From Takakia lepidozioides (Eukaryota > Plantae > Bryophyta): a stretch of 64,000 nt of DNA. The DNA is taken from NCBI GenBank assembly GCA_030704615.1, contig CM060732.1, positions 57,164,001-57,228,000 of the forward strand, given 5' to 3'. The notes under the pieces are model-generated. The model was not told the origin of the DNA and made no database searches. It saw nothing but the letters and a program-made list of their open reading frames with translations. Below are positions 26,161 to 38,916 of the stretch, one piece after another (positions within the stretch are counted from its first letter, which is position 1; each line of letters opens with the position of its first letter). Position numbers and translations under genes: made by a program.

Positions 26161-27672
26161 TTTGGTCATAGATATGGACCTCTTTGCCTCCCTGATGTTG
26201 TCGTACTTGTACTGAAGCTGTTTGTTGACACTGGCTGGAACATCCTGGTTAGAGACATGTGGAAGGAGAGAGTGTTGAATGAACTAGAGTGGTTGAGAGG
26301 CCAGATGCTGGAAACCCACAATGCTGCGCTGCTTGAGAGAGAAAGCCGCATTGTCCTGACAAAGCAACAAGAGATCATTGATCGCTGCCGACTCTGCGAG
26401 GTTTTACAAACACACCAAAATGACGACGACTACGTGGCGTGGCGACGATGACATGCCGGCGATGACGTGGTGACGATGACGTGTCTACGATGATGTGGCA
26501 ATAGCACCCTAACTCCTGCTCTACGCTAAACTAGTCTCCGACATTTAGTCGTATCTAGAATAGCGAAACCGAGGTTAGAGGGGGTGGGGAGGATTTGACA
26601 GGGGCCAGGCCTTTATCCTTAATTCCAAGCTCTTCATCTGCTGTCTGCGTCTCTATTGCAAGTGTTTGGTTGGAATCCTGCTAGGTATGATGGCGGCAGA
26701 TGACCGTGAATGAGTGAGAACAATTCTGCAAAACAAGTTGAAACCAAAAGACCTTGTTTATTTAAAGATAAAGACCTGGACAAGCTGGCTGCAATTGATT
26801 TCTTTCACTCAACATGCTTTAGACTCTTCACATTGCAAAACTGTGTTTGATGACATTCCAAACTTAGGATGGTATAGCTCAAATTTTGCATTCTTGTCTT
26901 GCACAAATTGCACCTTCATATTCAAGAATTGCTAGCCTTGCAGGATTTGCAGACAGTTAGATGGAAGAGGCTTCCCTTCAAGCTACTCATGTTAAACCTG
27001 TTTCTCCTGTTGTTATCTTGTTGATGGTCAATCTTTGTTCTTATCTGTTCCGTTTTGTTGCTTGAAGTACCTGCTCAGCCTTCTCTGGGGACGATCCTAC
27101 TGCCCACTCCTCTGTGTTCCAACCCCAAGTCGTACAAAACTAAATAGTGGAACTGCAAATGCATTGATCCTAGGCAAGGACTGTCTTGTTCCTATAAGTT
27201 CTGACAAGAGGAACCAACTGTAAAATAGTAACTCAAACTAAAAACTCGGTTAACAAAATTTGTCACATAAACATTTCAGGACAACTATGCTCAATAAACC
27301 TGTTTGTAAGCAAATCATCTGGTTCACTGCCAATGATGGTTTGTCATGGCAGTGACAATGAATGGAAGGTGTACCCTGTGGCAGGCTCCATGAACGAAAG
27401 CCAATAAAGGAGGCGAGTCTAGTTGGCTGTTGTAACATGTGCAGATGCGCATCTCAACCAAAACTTGCTTATGTTTGGACCAAATGACGCCCTTCAGAAA
27501 AACAATAGCAAGACCCAAAGAAACGCATCTGCAATCCCCACTATTTAAAATGAATGGAGCAAATCAATGTACCATTTGCAGCTCATGCTGGGACGGATCA
27601 CCAAAGTTTATCCATCATCATCTCCACGGCAGTAATTACCTCCTTCATAGGCGTTGTTCAAAGGGGGCTGAA

Positions 27673-30600
27673 CTACATACACATATAAGATGAGCGCTTT
27701 TGCCGGTATCCCCACTTTAATAAGCTCTCACTACAAGACTTGACACGGTGGTTTGGGAACCTCTCCCCCAGGGCTCCACGGCAATTGGGAGCTCCACAAC
27801 GACATTCCACGTTCGTACCAAACTCCACATATCTACACACACAAATAGAAGCCATGCACAGTTTAGGACTGGACATCAAAGCGCAGTTCGCAGGGTGCCC
27901 TTGCTTCAGAAACTATCTTCACCAAAGTATCATGGACCACAAGTGATATAATATAATAGGTGTTATTTATGTATAGGTACTATTCCCTGTTACTGCTACA
28001 TGGTTTTAAGCCTCAGAGGCCCAGAGGACAGAACAGAATCAAGGAAATATAAGAGCAAGCATAGAGAGAAGAGGAATACTTGTAACCATATGCAAGTGGT
28101 TTACCAATGTTTCTTATTGCAAGGGAATAAAAGTACAAGCAAAGAGAGAATCGGAATACTTGTAATCATATGTAAGTGGTTCACCAACAGCAATGTCTCT
28201 TAGCGCAAACACGCCCGCTCTGGTCTCACCATCCACTCGCCTGTTTGTCACAGAGTAATAATCAAGCAGATAGCCACAGTTAACTGCTCCAATCTGCTAC
28301 TTTTCTCACTAGCACAACTGCTGCTATGTGCTTTCCGACTATTCCCATCGCTGACACCTACACGTTGCAACAATGAATGACATGGAAGGTATCATCAAAC
28401 ATATTAACAGTTCAGAGAAAGAGAGAACCATTTTTCAAGTTTGCAATTAGGCTGACAGCTGTGGTTGAGGTAGCGAGATGCGTTGCCTTTCTTGGTGGCG
28501 TCAATTATGAAGTCCTTGCCAATCTCACAGATGTAGAAATTGCAGATACTTTGCCGCCCCTTCATCTCCCATAGCCGCTTCTCACACATTGCATCATCTA
28601 TCACTGCAAGTATGATCAGACCCAGTCAGCATGTTTTTCTCTAATTTCTTTCTACTTATCTCAGGGGCCCAGGTATGATGACCTAAAATGTATGGAGGCT
28701 TACCTGTATGAAGTACTCCGTCTTAGCACAACCTTCACGGTTTGATTTGGTATTTGGGTTCTCTGGTTCTACTGTCTTGTTCTGCAGTGTCCATGGCCTC
28801 CGGCTCTCATGTCCTCTTCTCTCGTTGTTCTACTTTGTCCGTGGGCAGGGCCTCCCTTGGATATTGTGAAGTTCTCTCTTTCTCTTCCCCACTCTTTGAA
28901 GATCTGAAGTGCCATGGGGCCTACCTGCTTGAGGAATTTTACCTTCCAGCGTTGCCCCATTTCCATACATTCCACCCAAAGCATGTAGAGACAGAAAATT
29001 TCTCTTTTCCTGCTGAGGAGACTACGAAATCAGGAAAGGCTAGGGTGTGTTCCTTATGTACAACCAAAAGTGGAGACAGAACATCCTTTCTTTTACTCCT
29101 GCTGAAGATACTGTGAGATCAGTGAAAGACACTGTATCAAGGCAGAAACTGTCAGCTTTGAGGCCCCAAACTCCTTAGCAGTTTTACCCCATGAGACCCT
29201 GCGTGACGAAGGAGCATTTTTGGTCTTGGCATGCTCTATTGGATTCCGCTTGGAGTTCTACTGTGCTCCATAGGTCCCTGCACCTAATCTTCGTTTCTGC
29301 TTCTGTTATAAAGCACCATTTCATTTCCCTTTGGGCCTCCTCAGACATAATTAACTGCATTCTTTCTTGCTGAGCCCCCAAAAGCTTTCCCAAGACTACC
29401 TCATCCTTTGAGCACTCAATAACCTCAGCAGGTACTGTGGTTGTAGCCTAATCATGTTTTGGGAAAGTTTATGAATCTTAGTGGAAACTCTGCCAACGTA
29501 CCTTCCCCAGTGTACTCAATGACAAAGTCGTCCTTTTTTATCAGCTCTGCTGCTTCTGCTCCCCACCCACAACGCTCTGTCTGGGTCCCAGAACCAGAAC
29601 TCTTTCGTTAAGTTTTTGTTTAATCCGAAACCACTAACTATTTTTCCCGAGCTCCATTCAAATGAGCTCAGAAGAACAGACCAACCAAAGCCTAATTGAA
29701 AGCATTCTCTTTATACCGTCTCCACACCGTGTATAATAGGCACACGAATGTGGGTAAGAATGTACTCATAAGATGCTGTTTGCCGTAGCCTTGCATGTGG
29801 GTAAGAAAGCTAAGCCAACACACCCATCCTCCTTTTGGGGCTATGGCAAAACAACATCTCACTAGTACATTCTACTGTGGGGTTTTCCTTGTTGCACTTT
29901 GACCCATGGGCCGTTGGCGCCGGCAGTTCCTTGTTACTTGTGTTTACTTGACTCAATTGTGGGGGAGTTTGACCAAAGGTGTCTCATGTCCACTTGCCTT
30001 CACTTTGTTTTTTGAAAGAAACTTTACTTGCTAAATGAGGCCGCTTAACTTAAGAGTATGGACTGCAATACAAACGGAATTACCTTCACCACTTTGAGAC
30101 GCTTGTCTTTGCGAAAAGGTTTGTTGCAGCACTTGCCAAAGCACTTGCAGTCTTTGGAACAGCTCATGCTCTGCACCCTATCTCAGCCACGCCCTTCTCA
30201 CAACCACAACCTCTCCCTCCCTTTGGATGCAATTCTAATCTGTTTCTTGCCGTCCTATGGTTCTTAAGGTTTTTCTCTTGTAGTTTCCCAAGAAAGAAAA
30301 CATTTATTAAGAAAACCACAACACACACAGGAAAAACCCAAACTTTGCATGAAGATGAAGTGCCTGATGCAGGTTAATTGCAAAGCACATTGGTATGAGG
30401 ATATGTAATCTTGTCAGAAACACAAACTAAACTACACATTTTGGACAAACCTGCACTCGCAATCATCCGCACAAGTGGCTCCAAGAGAGCCACAATTACA
30501 TCCCACACCGTCATCGGAGTCATCGCGCTTCTTCTTGATCAAAAACACATCTTTCTATATGTCAAGGACTTCAACTGAAGGACTCAAAATGCAGATGAAA

Positions 30601-33600
30601 TGGTTGGAAGAAAAATGTGAAGATCTTTTGACCAACCATATGTTGTCCTTAAAACAAGGGGTATGAAGTCCTACAGCTCTCTTCCCCCACTTCTATCCCT
30701 TTCACAGTGTGATGGGCAGTGCAATCACTCACAGAGCCGCATTTGACGTTTCCAGCTAGAGAGCTACAGCAGCAGAGCTAGAATGACCTTCTCATACTTC
30801 ACTAATATTAAGTGAATGCCAGCTCGTACAATACTCAATTCCCTGTAGCCAGATTTTCGTCGGCTGTGCACAAGCAAATAGGGCTTGGGTCTCATGTGCC
30901 TTGGTTGCCTGAACTCCCAGAACCAGCTCCAAGAAGGTTACTATTATCCCACAGAACCATGCCACAAAGTCTAGGGACAGTACCTCTCTTCTGCCCAGCC
31001 ATGCTAAACCATTGTTGGCATTACACAATCAACCTGGTTTGGGGATTCATACCACTAAAAAATGGTTGTCTCACTGTCATACTGCAGTGGAGATTTTCTT
31101 CCCTATGGCGTCAGTGTTATATTTAACGAAAGAGGACAATGAACAACTACTGACACCCTCCCCTCTGTCCATAAGATGGCTACAGGAAAGGATTTACAAA
31201 GTTAGAGAACTCTGTTTGATGGCGTAAATATTACAACTGATCATACTCTCTCTCCCTCACATTCCTCCCTTTCCAAGCATGAACAAGTTGTACAACATGG
31301 CATAACAAGGAGGATACTTCGCCGAATAGAAAAGTAAGGAGGAGGCTCCTTGTCATTGTCCATCACCTCCTTGATGAACTCCGGGGTTATGCTGAAATCT
31401 TGCCATTCATCTGGCAGTGGCAAGCACCGAAATATTCCCTGCATTAATACCCATGAGTCAGAGACCTGGAATCCTATCTTTGGATCCAAGCTGGGGCCTA
31501 GTAGTAGTGCTTCACAGACAAATAATTGAATTCATCAAGTAAACACAGCCAGTGAACAAGATGTTGAATGGTCGTGCTCAGGGTATCTATCCATCATCCC
31601 TTTACCATGTTACCTTCCTTGGCCAACTTTCCATTAGGCTCCCACATCTACAGAGGGGCCTCATAAATCTAACTGAGACAGTGAACTGCATTTTGAAAAT
31701 TACATGACCAATTGTTGCTGTGTAGTTACTATTCATAAAATTACTTGGCACTTCCAAGGGCCCTCGCAATATCCACCCGCCTCAGGTTGTCATGGCTGCA
31801 GTTGGCAAATATCTTCCTTACGTCTAGTATCTGATTCGGCCAAAAGATCAAAGTCCATTGAAGAAAACAAGGTGTTGGAACTACAGAAGATCAAGCACAG
31901 ATATATTGATAGGCATGGTATGTTTACAAACGAAGGCACATAATTTTGTAGCTAAGCAGAGAGGGGCGTTTACGGTTTTGTTGTCATCAAGTGTAATATG
32001 AGTGTGCATAGATAGTTGTGAAATTCTCATCTGGGCCTCCAATGCAATGGAGGGGTATTAATGTGCCAAGGAAAGAGTGGAATCAAGAAAGTGACCGCAT
32101 ACAAGTACTGCCAAAAAGGACTGATGACAAACCTGAGCATTCCATGTGGGCCGCTTGAGCTGCATAATATGAGAGAGATGCACCAACCACTCTTCTGTGT
32201 CAGCACACCAACCCCTGTGCGGGTCAAAACTATCCCTCACTATACCCTTTTCTCACTTCCCCCTCTCTGCTCACCCTCCACAATTTCCTCTCCTTCCCTC
32301 CCTCCCTCCCTTGCCAACAAAGATAACACTGGAAATAACAGCAATGAACAAGGATGCAATCCACACAAAGTCATGAAGAACCCGAGAGTGTTCAACAGCC
32401 TAATCTCAAGATAATCCTTCAGATTGAAGGAAAGATAAAGAGAAGACACTAGACCTGATTCTCTAGCTTCCAAGAAGCTGCATGGCGCCAGCAGATTGCC
32501 CAGCCAGGTTTGTCCCTGTTTAGGGTGGTATACTCAGGCCAGGGACTGCAATTCTTGTGGACTGCTATGGGACATTGCTGACAACGCCATAGCCTAGCTC
32601 CCCGGCTGTCTCCACATGCATAGCAGACCTGCAATCCCCAAATGAGCTATGACCAATACGCTATGAGACAAAGTACTCAAGAAGGGATAATAAGTCTGTT
32701 GAAAGGAGGAATAAGCCAGAGAAAAAGAAAAAGCAAATTGTTTTATGATGTACCAGAACAGAAAACTTCCGAAAACACCAACTGACACCGGAAGACTAGG
32801 GCCTAATCAAGCCAAGGAGCCAAACACTTTTGACCCTCAAAGCTGAAAGCCTCTGCCAAAGAGTGGAAGGAAGAAGGAAGAAATTTATCACATCCTCGGA
32901 AGGCCCAGACAGACACAGAATGGATTGGAAGGCTGGACACACATAGGGAGACAGAAAGACTTGCATGTTGAGGACAGATGAGCTCCCCATTGCGGCGCCA
33001 GGAGGAAAGATGAAGCCCATGGGAACAAGACCAGTGGAAGACATGGTTACAGTCGCCACGAGAGCAAGCCACCATCTGGCCTAGTGGCACAGATCCCTTG
33101 CACTTGAAGCAGATCCCCTGGAGCTCCCAGACATATGTCAAGGCATCCCCTCTTTCAGTTATGACCCTAAAGCTGTAGCAGCAACTTTTGTTATGCTTGT
33201 CCATTACAAATTCGCATGCTGTGTTTGAGCAGCTAACTTACCATGCAGAGCAACAAATCATGCGGAGTACATGTCTACTCCTACTGGCCATCCCTCAATG
33301 GGGCTTCTTTAGCCAAGGATTTGACTGCTTAAGTGAGGGTCCTAGGTGAATTGGATGCTAACCAATTCACATCGGATGTGACATTTCTGTAAGCAGCAAA
33401 TCCAGTAAGTCAGAGTAGCAAGGAATCACCACCCAGCAGCCAATAGCACAAAGAAGCCAAGTGTTCAGAGAGAAACATAGGCCAAGATACAGAAGGGAAT
33501 TAGAGTGGGGAGAAGATTTTACCACACGTCCATTGACAGGACTGGATAAAAGATGGTCATCAAGGCCAGACTTTGATGGATTGGGCCTGCCAGTGGCCTT

Positions 33601-36414
33601 ATTCATCTCATGTCTTTTCCTTTTCCCCTTTTTCTGGGCTTCCCTTTCTTTCTCTGTGCAGCCAAAAAGCTGCCATTCCTGACCTCCATATCCCACGCCT
33701 ATGTTACCACTGGTCTCACCCCTCTTGGCGGATTCCTCGATAGCTCTTTCACTAGGATTGAAATGGTCTGTCCCTTCCCCTTCATTATGGGCAGAATAAC
33801 TTTGGTCCAAGGGCCTCTCTTCCCTCTCTCTTAATGTGCACTGCTCTCCAAAAATAGATTCCATACTCAAATTATGCGTTTCTTCTATCTTGGAGACGTT
33901 CTCCACAAAGGGAATGCCCTCTTCATCACTGCATGCAACAACCACCTGGCATATGGATCCAGGGGCTATCCTTTGATCGTCTGTGTGGTCCTTCCTTCTC
34001 TCAAATGAAACCTTCGATGTTTTGTGAACACTTGAACATACAAAATACTTTTCAGTCTCCTCCCTGTTAGAATGGGAGCGAGTGCTTTCCACCAAGGAGG
34101 TGCCTTCCCTCTCTCCAGCACTTGACCTATCCTCCAACCTAGACGACCTCCGAATGCTTTGTAAGAGAGGAGTAAATGTTGTGTATTCTCCCTTTTCCTG
34201 AGCAATACAGGCACCAATCTTCAATGATGGAGCTTCCTCTCTATCTGGATCAATGTCATACTTGTGGCTTGCCCAAGCCACTGTCCTTGAACCCTTCCTT
34301 TTACCTGAAAGAAACCGCTTCCTTGGTGTTTGTCCAATATTTTTCAGACAAACACCTGACTTCTCTCTGTTACCAACAGCACAGTTACCTTCCTTCAGAA
34401 CAAAGACTCCCCTCTCTCCCATCCTTTTGGACTCCATACCTGGCAAGGGATTTTTCCTAGTCCTCAAACAAAGCCCATAGCCTTTTGGTGCCTCTCCTCC
34501 TTGCTCAACACATGCCCCAACCTCTAAGGTTTGAATTGCCTTCTCTCCACCACTAGAGTCATTCCATTGGACCTGTGTCTCCATTTCACTTACTGATTTA
34601 CCAATGTAACATGAGCTCTTCCGCTGTGCTTGGCAATCAAGACAAAAACAAACTTCCAAAGAAGCAATATCCCTCCTTCTAACACCAAGCCCAATACTCA
34701 GATTTCCTGTGTTTCCCACAGACACAGAACTTGTTGCCTTCCTAAACAGGCAACACCCAGCATTTTGTATCTTTTCCTTTGTCAGCATTCCCTCTCTGCC
34801 AGAACCAGACCTCTTCGGCCCTTGTTGAACATCACAGGCACTACTCTTCGGTGAGGAGATCACCTTGTCACCCATGCTGGAGCCAAGAAAATTTTGTTTC
34901 TGTCCTGCTTGAGGAATTGTTCCTTCACTCCTCAGGTAATGGCCAGATCTATTCAGAACTCCTTCGATAGGAAAGCCACTAGCCTCCACTAGTGGTAATC
35001 TTGTCATTCCCGCACTTGACTGATTCACTGGACACATTACCTTTTCCACAAGAATAGTAGATCCCTCTTGTGCATGCCTCCTCATGTGAAGACTTGAGCC
35101 TTTTGTCTCATGTCTCTGGCAACCCTCTTTGATTTCTGCATTCAAAAACCAGAAACTCTTTGGGGAAAATCGGCCATTTCTACCTCTTACTTTCCGTTTC
35201 CTCTTCAGCACCGGATTCCAGGTGCTTGCACACAACTTATGAGCCAAGATTGCAGGTTGAACTGGGAACACATTTTCTCCCTCACCTCTTTGATGTTCTC
35301 CATCTTCTGTATGCAAACCATTATGCAACTGTTCACCATATACATTGCTTCCTTCGAGAAATTCAAAGGATGGGAAAACATTATTCAGAAATTGTTGCCC
35401 TTCAACAAGACCTCTCATACTACTAGCTCCATGACATAGATGCATCTGCTCTGATATTGGTGATGTGGGTGTGGTTTTCCCTGCGTATTGCTCTTGCGTA
35501 AACATGGTATGATGCACAGGCAACCCACCCAAAGGTAGCTCTCTATTACCCTGTGAAAAGTATGTATCTTTATCCAAGTTTTCAACTTCATCCACCACAG
35601 GTGTATTCTCCTGAAGTTTCAAAGCCCTGGATTCCCCAGAGCCTGCAGCTGTTCGTCCATAGTTGTTCTTTGTTTCCTCTTTCTCCTCAGCACCTCCTGT
35701 AACATCTGATGCATAGTACAGAGGGCCTGAACCTTCTTCTTGCCAGCCCAACCTTGCTCCTCCGCCCATCTCTGTGTCCAAGTACACCTGTGGCTCCAAG
35801 AATAAGGGCACAGACATTGAGTCCTCTTCTGAGCTCAACTCACTACATTGATTGTGTACATGCCTCATTCCTTCTCCAAGAACCCTATTCGGCTCTGCCT
35901 CTGAGTCTGTTGCCACAATGGAGGCTGGTACGACTCCCTCTGAAACTCCACCCTCCGCACATGACTCATCATCATTCCTGTTGTTGCACCTTTCTGCTGT
36001 CGCTTGCATGAGTTGGCCAACCCCTTCACCTCCATCTTTTGGGCTTGAAAAGGTTGCTTCTTTCACTCTCATGGCCCCTTCAGCTTCCTTCTCTAGCACA
36101 TGCCTTTGAAGGCCACCATTTTGTGAAACTAACTCAAAGTCATTTGCTAGATTGCTTTGAACCGCCCTGTTTGTCCGCTTTGGCAGCCGACCCTTTTCTT
36201 CCTCTCTCTCCTCCCTTTCACGAAGATTTGAAATATCATTTGCAACCCATACTGTATTTGGATTGAATGCTGAGGGTGCTGGAGGTCTGTCTCCATTGCT
36301 TGCATGCCAGCCGACACCTACCTTGGAGATTTCTGGGGCGTCATGAACCTCCCTTCCTTCCTCTCTCCTCAGTCCACAGCAAGGAATCTCCAATCGCTTC
36401 CTCTCCACAGTCAT
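27673..36414 (-). CDS. ASHR3: ASHR3/SDG4-like histone-lysine N-methyltransferase (long disordered N-terminus, PHD, AWS, SET, post-SET)
   Basis: Approximate exons 36414-33523, 33117-32965, 32628-32455, 31438-31318, 30550-30451, 30177-30085, 29581-29502, 28603-28429, 28240-28160, 27833-~27682. Motifs ICPQH|VCYACG, LWRCQQCPIAVHKNCSPWPE, CCNKPFRK, CGWGAEAAE, IDATKKGNASRYLNHSCQPNC, GEPLTYDY, CRCGAPNCRG. Terminal exon(s) uncertain. Confidence 0.9.
29757..29873. mobile_element. Small foldback MITE-like element in an ASHR3 intron
   Basis: AGAATGTACTCATAAGATGCTGTTTGCCGTAGCC versus inverted AGAATGTACTAGTGAGATGTTGTTTTGCCATAGCC; a related arm occurs at ~39518-39555. Confidence 0.6.
30551..31317 (-). other. 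U12-type (minor spliceosome) GT-AG intron
   Basis: 5' site GTATCCTCC, branch site TCCTTGAC (30568-30561) ending 8 nt before the AG; splicing restores IRRNVFLIKKK. Confidence 0.8.
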
Positions 36415-38916
36415 TTGATGTTTTTCCTTCCCTTCTTTTTCCTAAATTCCACAGTCACCAATTTGATCACTTGGTAAAGACCCCAACCACCTGCACCTAA
36501 AGATGGAACTCCTCCTAAGCCAGAAAAGAAGCCAAGAGAAAACGATCTTGGTAAGAGCACTGCAAAATTTGCTCTGTCTTCCTCGTACTCTGTACAAACA
36601 AGTCATGTTTTCTTGTATGACGTCAATGCCAGCGCTTCAATCACCATCAATTCCGCATTACTGGCTGTCATCAGCTGTGGTCACCAGCTATAGAAATTCC
36701 AGGCTGAGTTGCATATGATTCGCCCTGGTAGGTTAATACCATAAGAGTACTATGCATCGAGGGCAACGCGAGAAACATTCGCAGGATAAAGCCAATAGGT
36801 GCGACATTTTGCCTCAATTAGGGCAAGCTGAAGCTCGACACCAATCAACACTGAGCCTCATGAACAAGGAGGACTGTAGTACTTGCTAAGTTTTTCGGAT
36901 AGCACCACTTACAATGGCTGGGCACTGTCCAAACTAAGAGGAAGCTGTCTACCGCGATAACATCAGTTAAACCGGCACCCCAATAGTCGAGCACGCCCTT
37001 CGGCCATGGTAGTTGTCTCTCGCCATCTCTCCCACTGGCTGAAGATCAGCTAAATCAGGGGTTGCATGAGCTGTGCTTGCATAATTTCGCTCTATGACCA
37101 AATAATCAGATCAGCAGTAAGGTGAAATCCAATCACTCCAGCTACACCAATCTTCTCGACGGAGCAACAGAATCTGGAGAATGACATTGATAAATCCTAC
37201 CAAAGACATGCTCCATCTAATTCCCTCCTCACAGAAAGGACCTCAGAAAGACACCTGCATCGTTGTCTCCTCCATAGGCTGTCTTGTGTTCAGCGTCGGC
37301 ATACATTTTTGTAGGTCCCTCCGTTCCTCCTTTCCACGGTAATCCTAAAACCCAATGTGGAACTAAAACCGCAACATCGAGTGAGATTCTTAAATTTAAT
37401 ATTGCATTAACCCTTCCAAATGCAGTGCTGCCTTTCCACCTCTCCAAATAAGAACACCTTCTAAATTCCAGTCGAAAGTTAACTTCAAGCATTACCAGTA
37501 CACATTCTTCAACCCAATGTCAACCGTGCTCACTAGGATCCACTGAACTTCACATCTCCCTCTCACTCTCTCTCTCAACTCTTCAACCACACACTCCGAA
37601 AATGTAAACCCACAATGAAGATAGAATCCATTGAGCACTACAACTTTCCCTCTTTCTCCCACTGTTTCTCTCTGCGATTGCAGAACAGGCAACTGCCCAC
37701 GTAAAAACAGCTGGGGCTAGCAAAGCTTGGCTCTTACAGAACCAAATGAACAGTAGGTTCTACGATAACATTCAGAGTTGTCTCCTCTCTTCTCATGTCT
37801 CCTCTTCTCTCCCGACACTGACAGTCAGATTGCAAGAAACTTCTGCGAATTTGGCAGTGTGAAATTCTGACCTCCATGCAGTCTCCTCGCTTTGTCACGA
37901 GTGCCCGCTTTCCGAGTGTCGGTATCGGTGCTGTGACGGGTGATCTTGAACTTTCCGGCGTTCACCCAACGGCCAGTTCCCCCAGTAGGGTAGGCGTGGA
38001 AGCTGGATCATTTTCATCCATCGCAGATGGGATGTTCTGAAGTATCCCAAAGAAGTATTGACGCGGTCAGAAATGAGTCCTGAAGAGAAAGAGAGAGTGT
38101 GTGTGTGTGAGTTTGTGTATGTCATAAGACTCCACAGTTCAGGAGTTCAACTGGTTTCTCAAAGAATTCCAAGGAAATGTTGAAAGAGATTTGCTTAATC
38201 TGAGAAGTACTTCCACGAGTGGAACAATAAACAGACAATAAACAAAGCTGCTGGTGTATGTGAGAAGGAGATGCCATGAGTGATATCCAGACATGCACAA
38301 TCCACCTTAACTTAATTGCAGGTGCATATTTTAGAACCAAGCCTGAAATCGAGGAATCAGCGCACACTACGGAAGGCCACTGAATTCCTTCCTTCGAAGG
38401 GAATATCTCAATACCAAGCAAAACATTACATTTCTGTTACATTTCACTAGTTGGGATATCAAGGCTGCAATGCTGATAACATCTCTACATCTCACACAAC
38501 AGCTGCCTCACTGTGGAAGAATTTCTTGACTACACAAAATCATGTCATTCAATGGACCTTTGAATGGACCAGGGATCAAGTAAAGGTTGCTGGTAGAACA
38601 AAATGAGAAGAGAGGAAATAAGGCTTGCACTTAGCCCTTCACCTGTGTAAGACACCCATAACAATGAGAAAGAATAATGTTGCCTACCGCACCTTCCAGA
38701 ACCCTTCTCTATCCTTGGTAATACTAGGGCGTGCTAGGACAAAAAAAATCTCCAAGGCCCAGTAAAGAGCACCTGATTCCATCAGCAAATAGTTCTGATG
38801 GTGTAAAACCTAGCAGACCTACAATGCAGCCATATTGGCTCTGTGAGGCCCAATTATAAGGTAACAAGTTACAACTAACCAAAACTAAAACAGATTGGAA
38901 TAGCTAAGTGGCTTAA

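Noticed and set aside
33478-33490. Second U12 donor (GTATCTT) in ASHR3
   Set aside because: Wrong phase for the next exon; the ordinary GTAAAA donor at 33522 keeps the frame.
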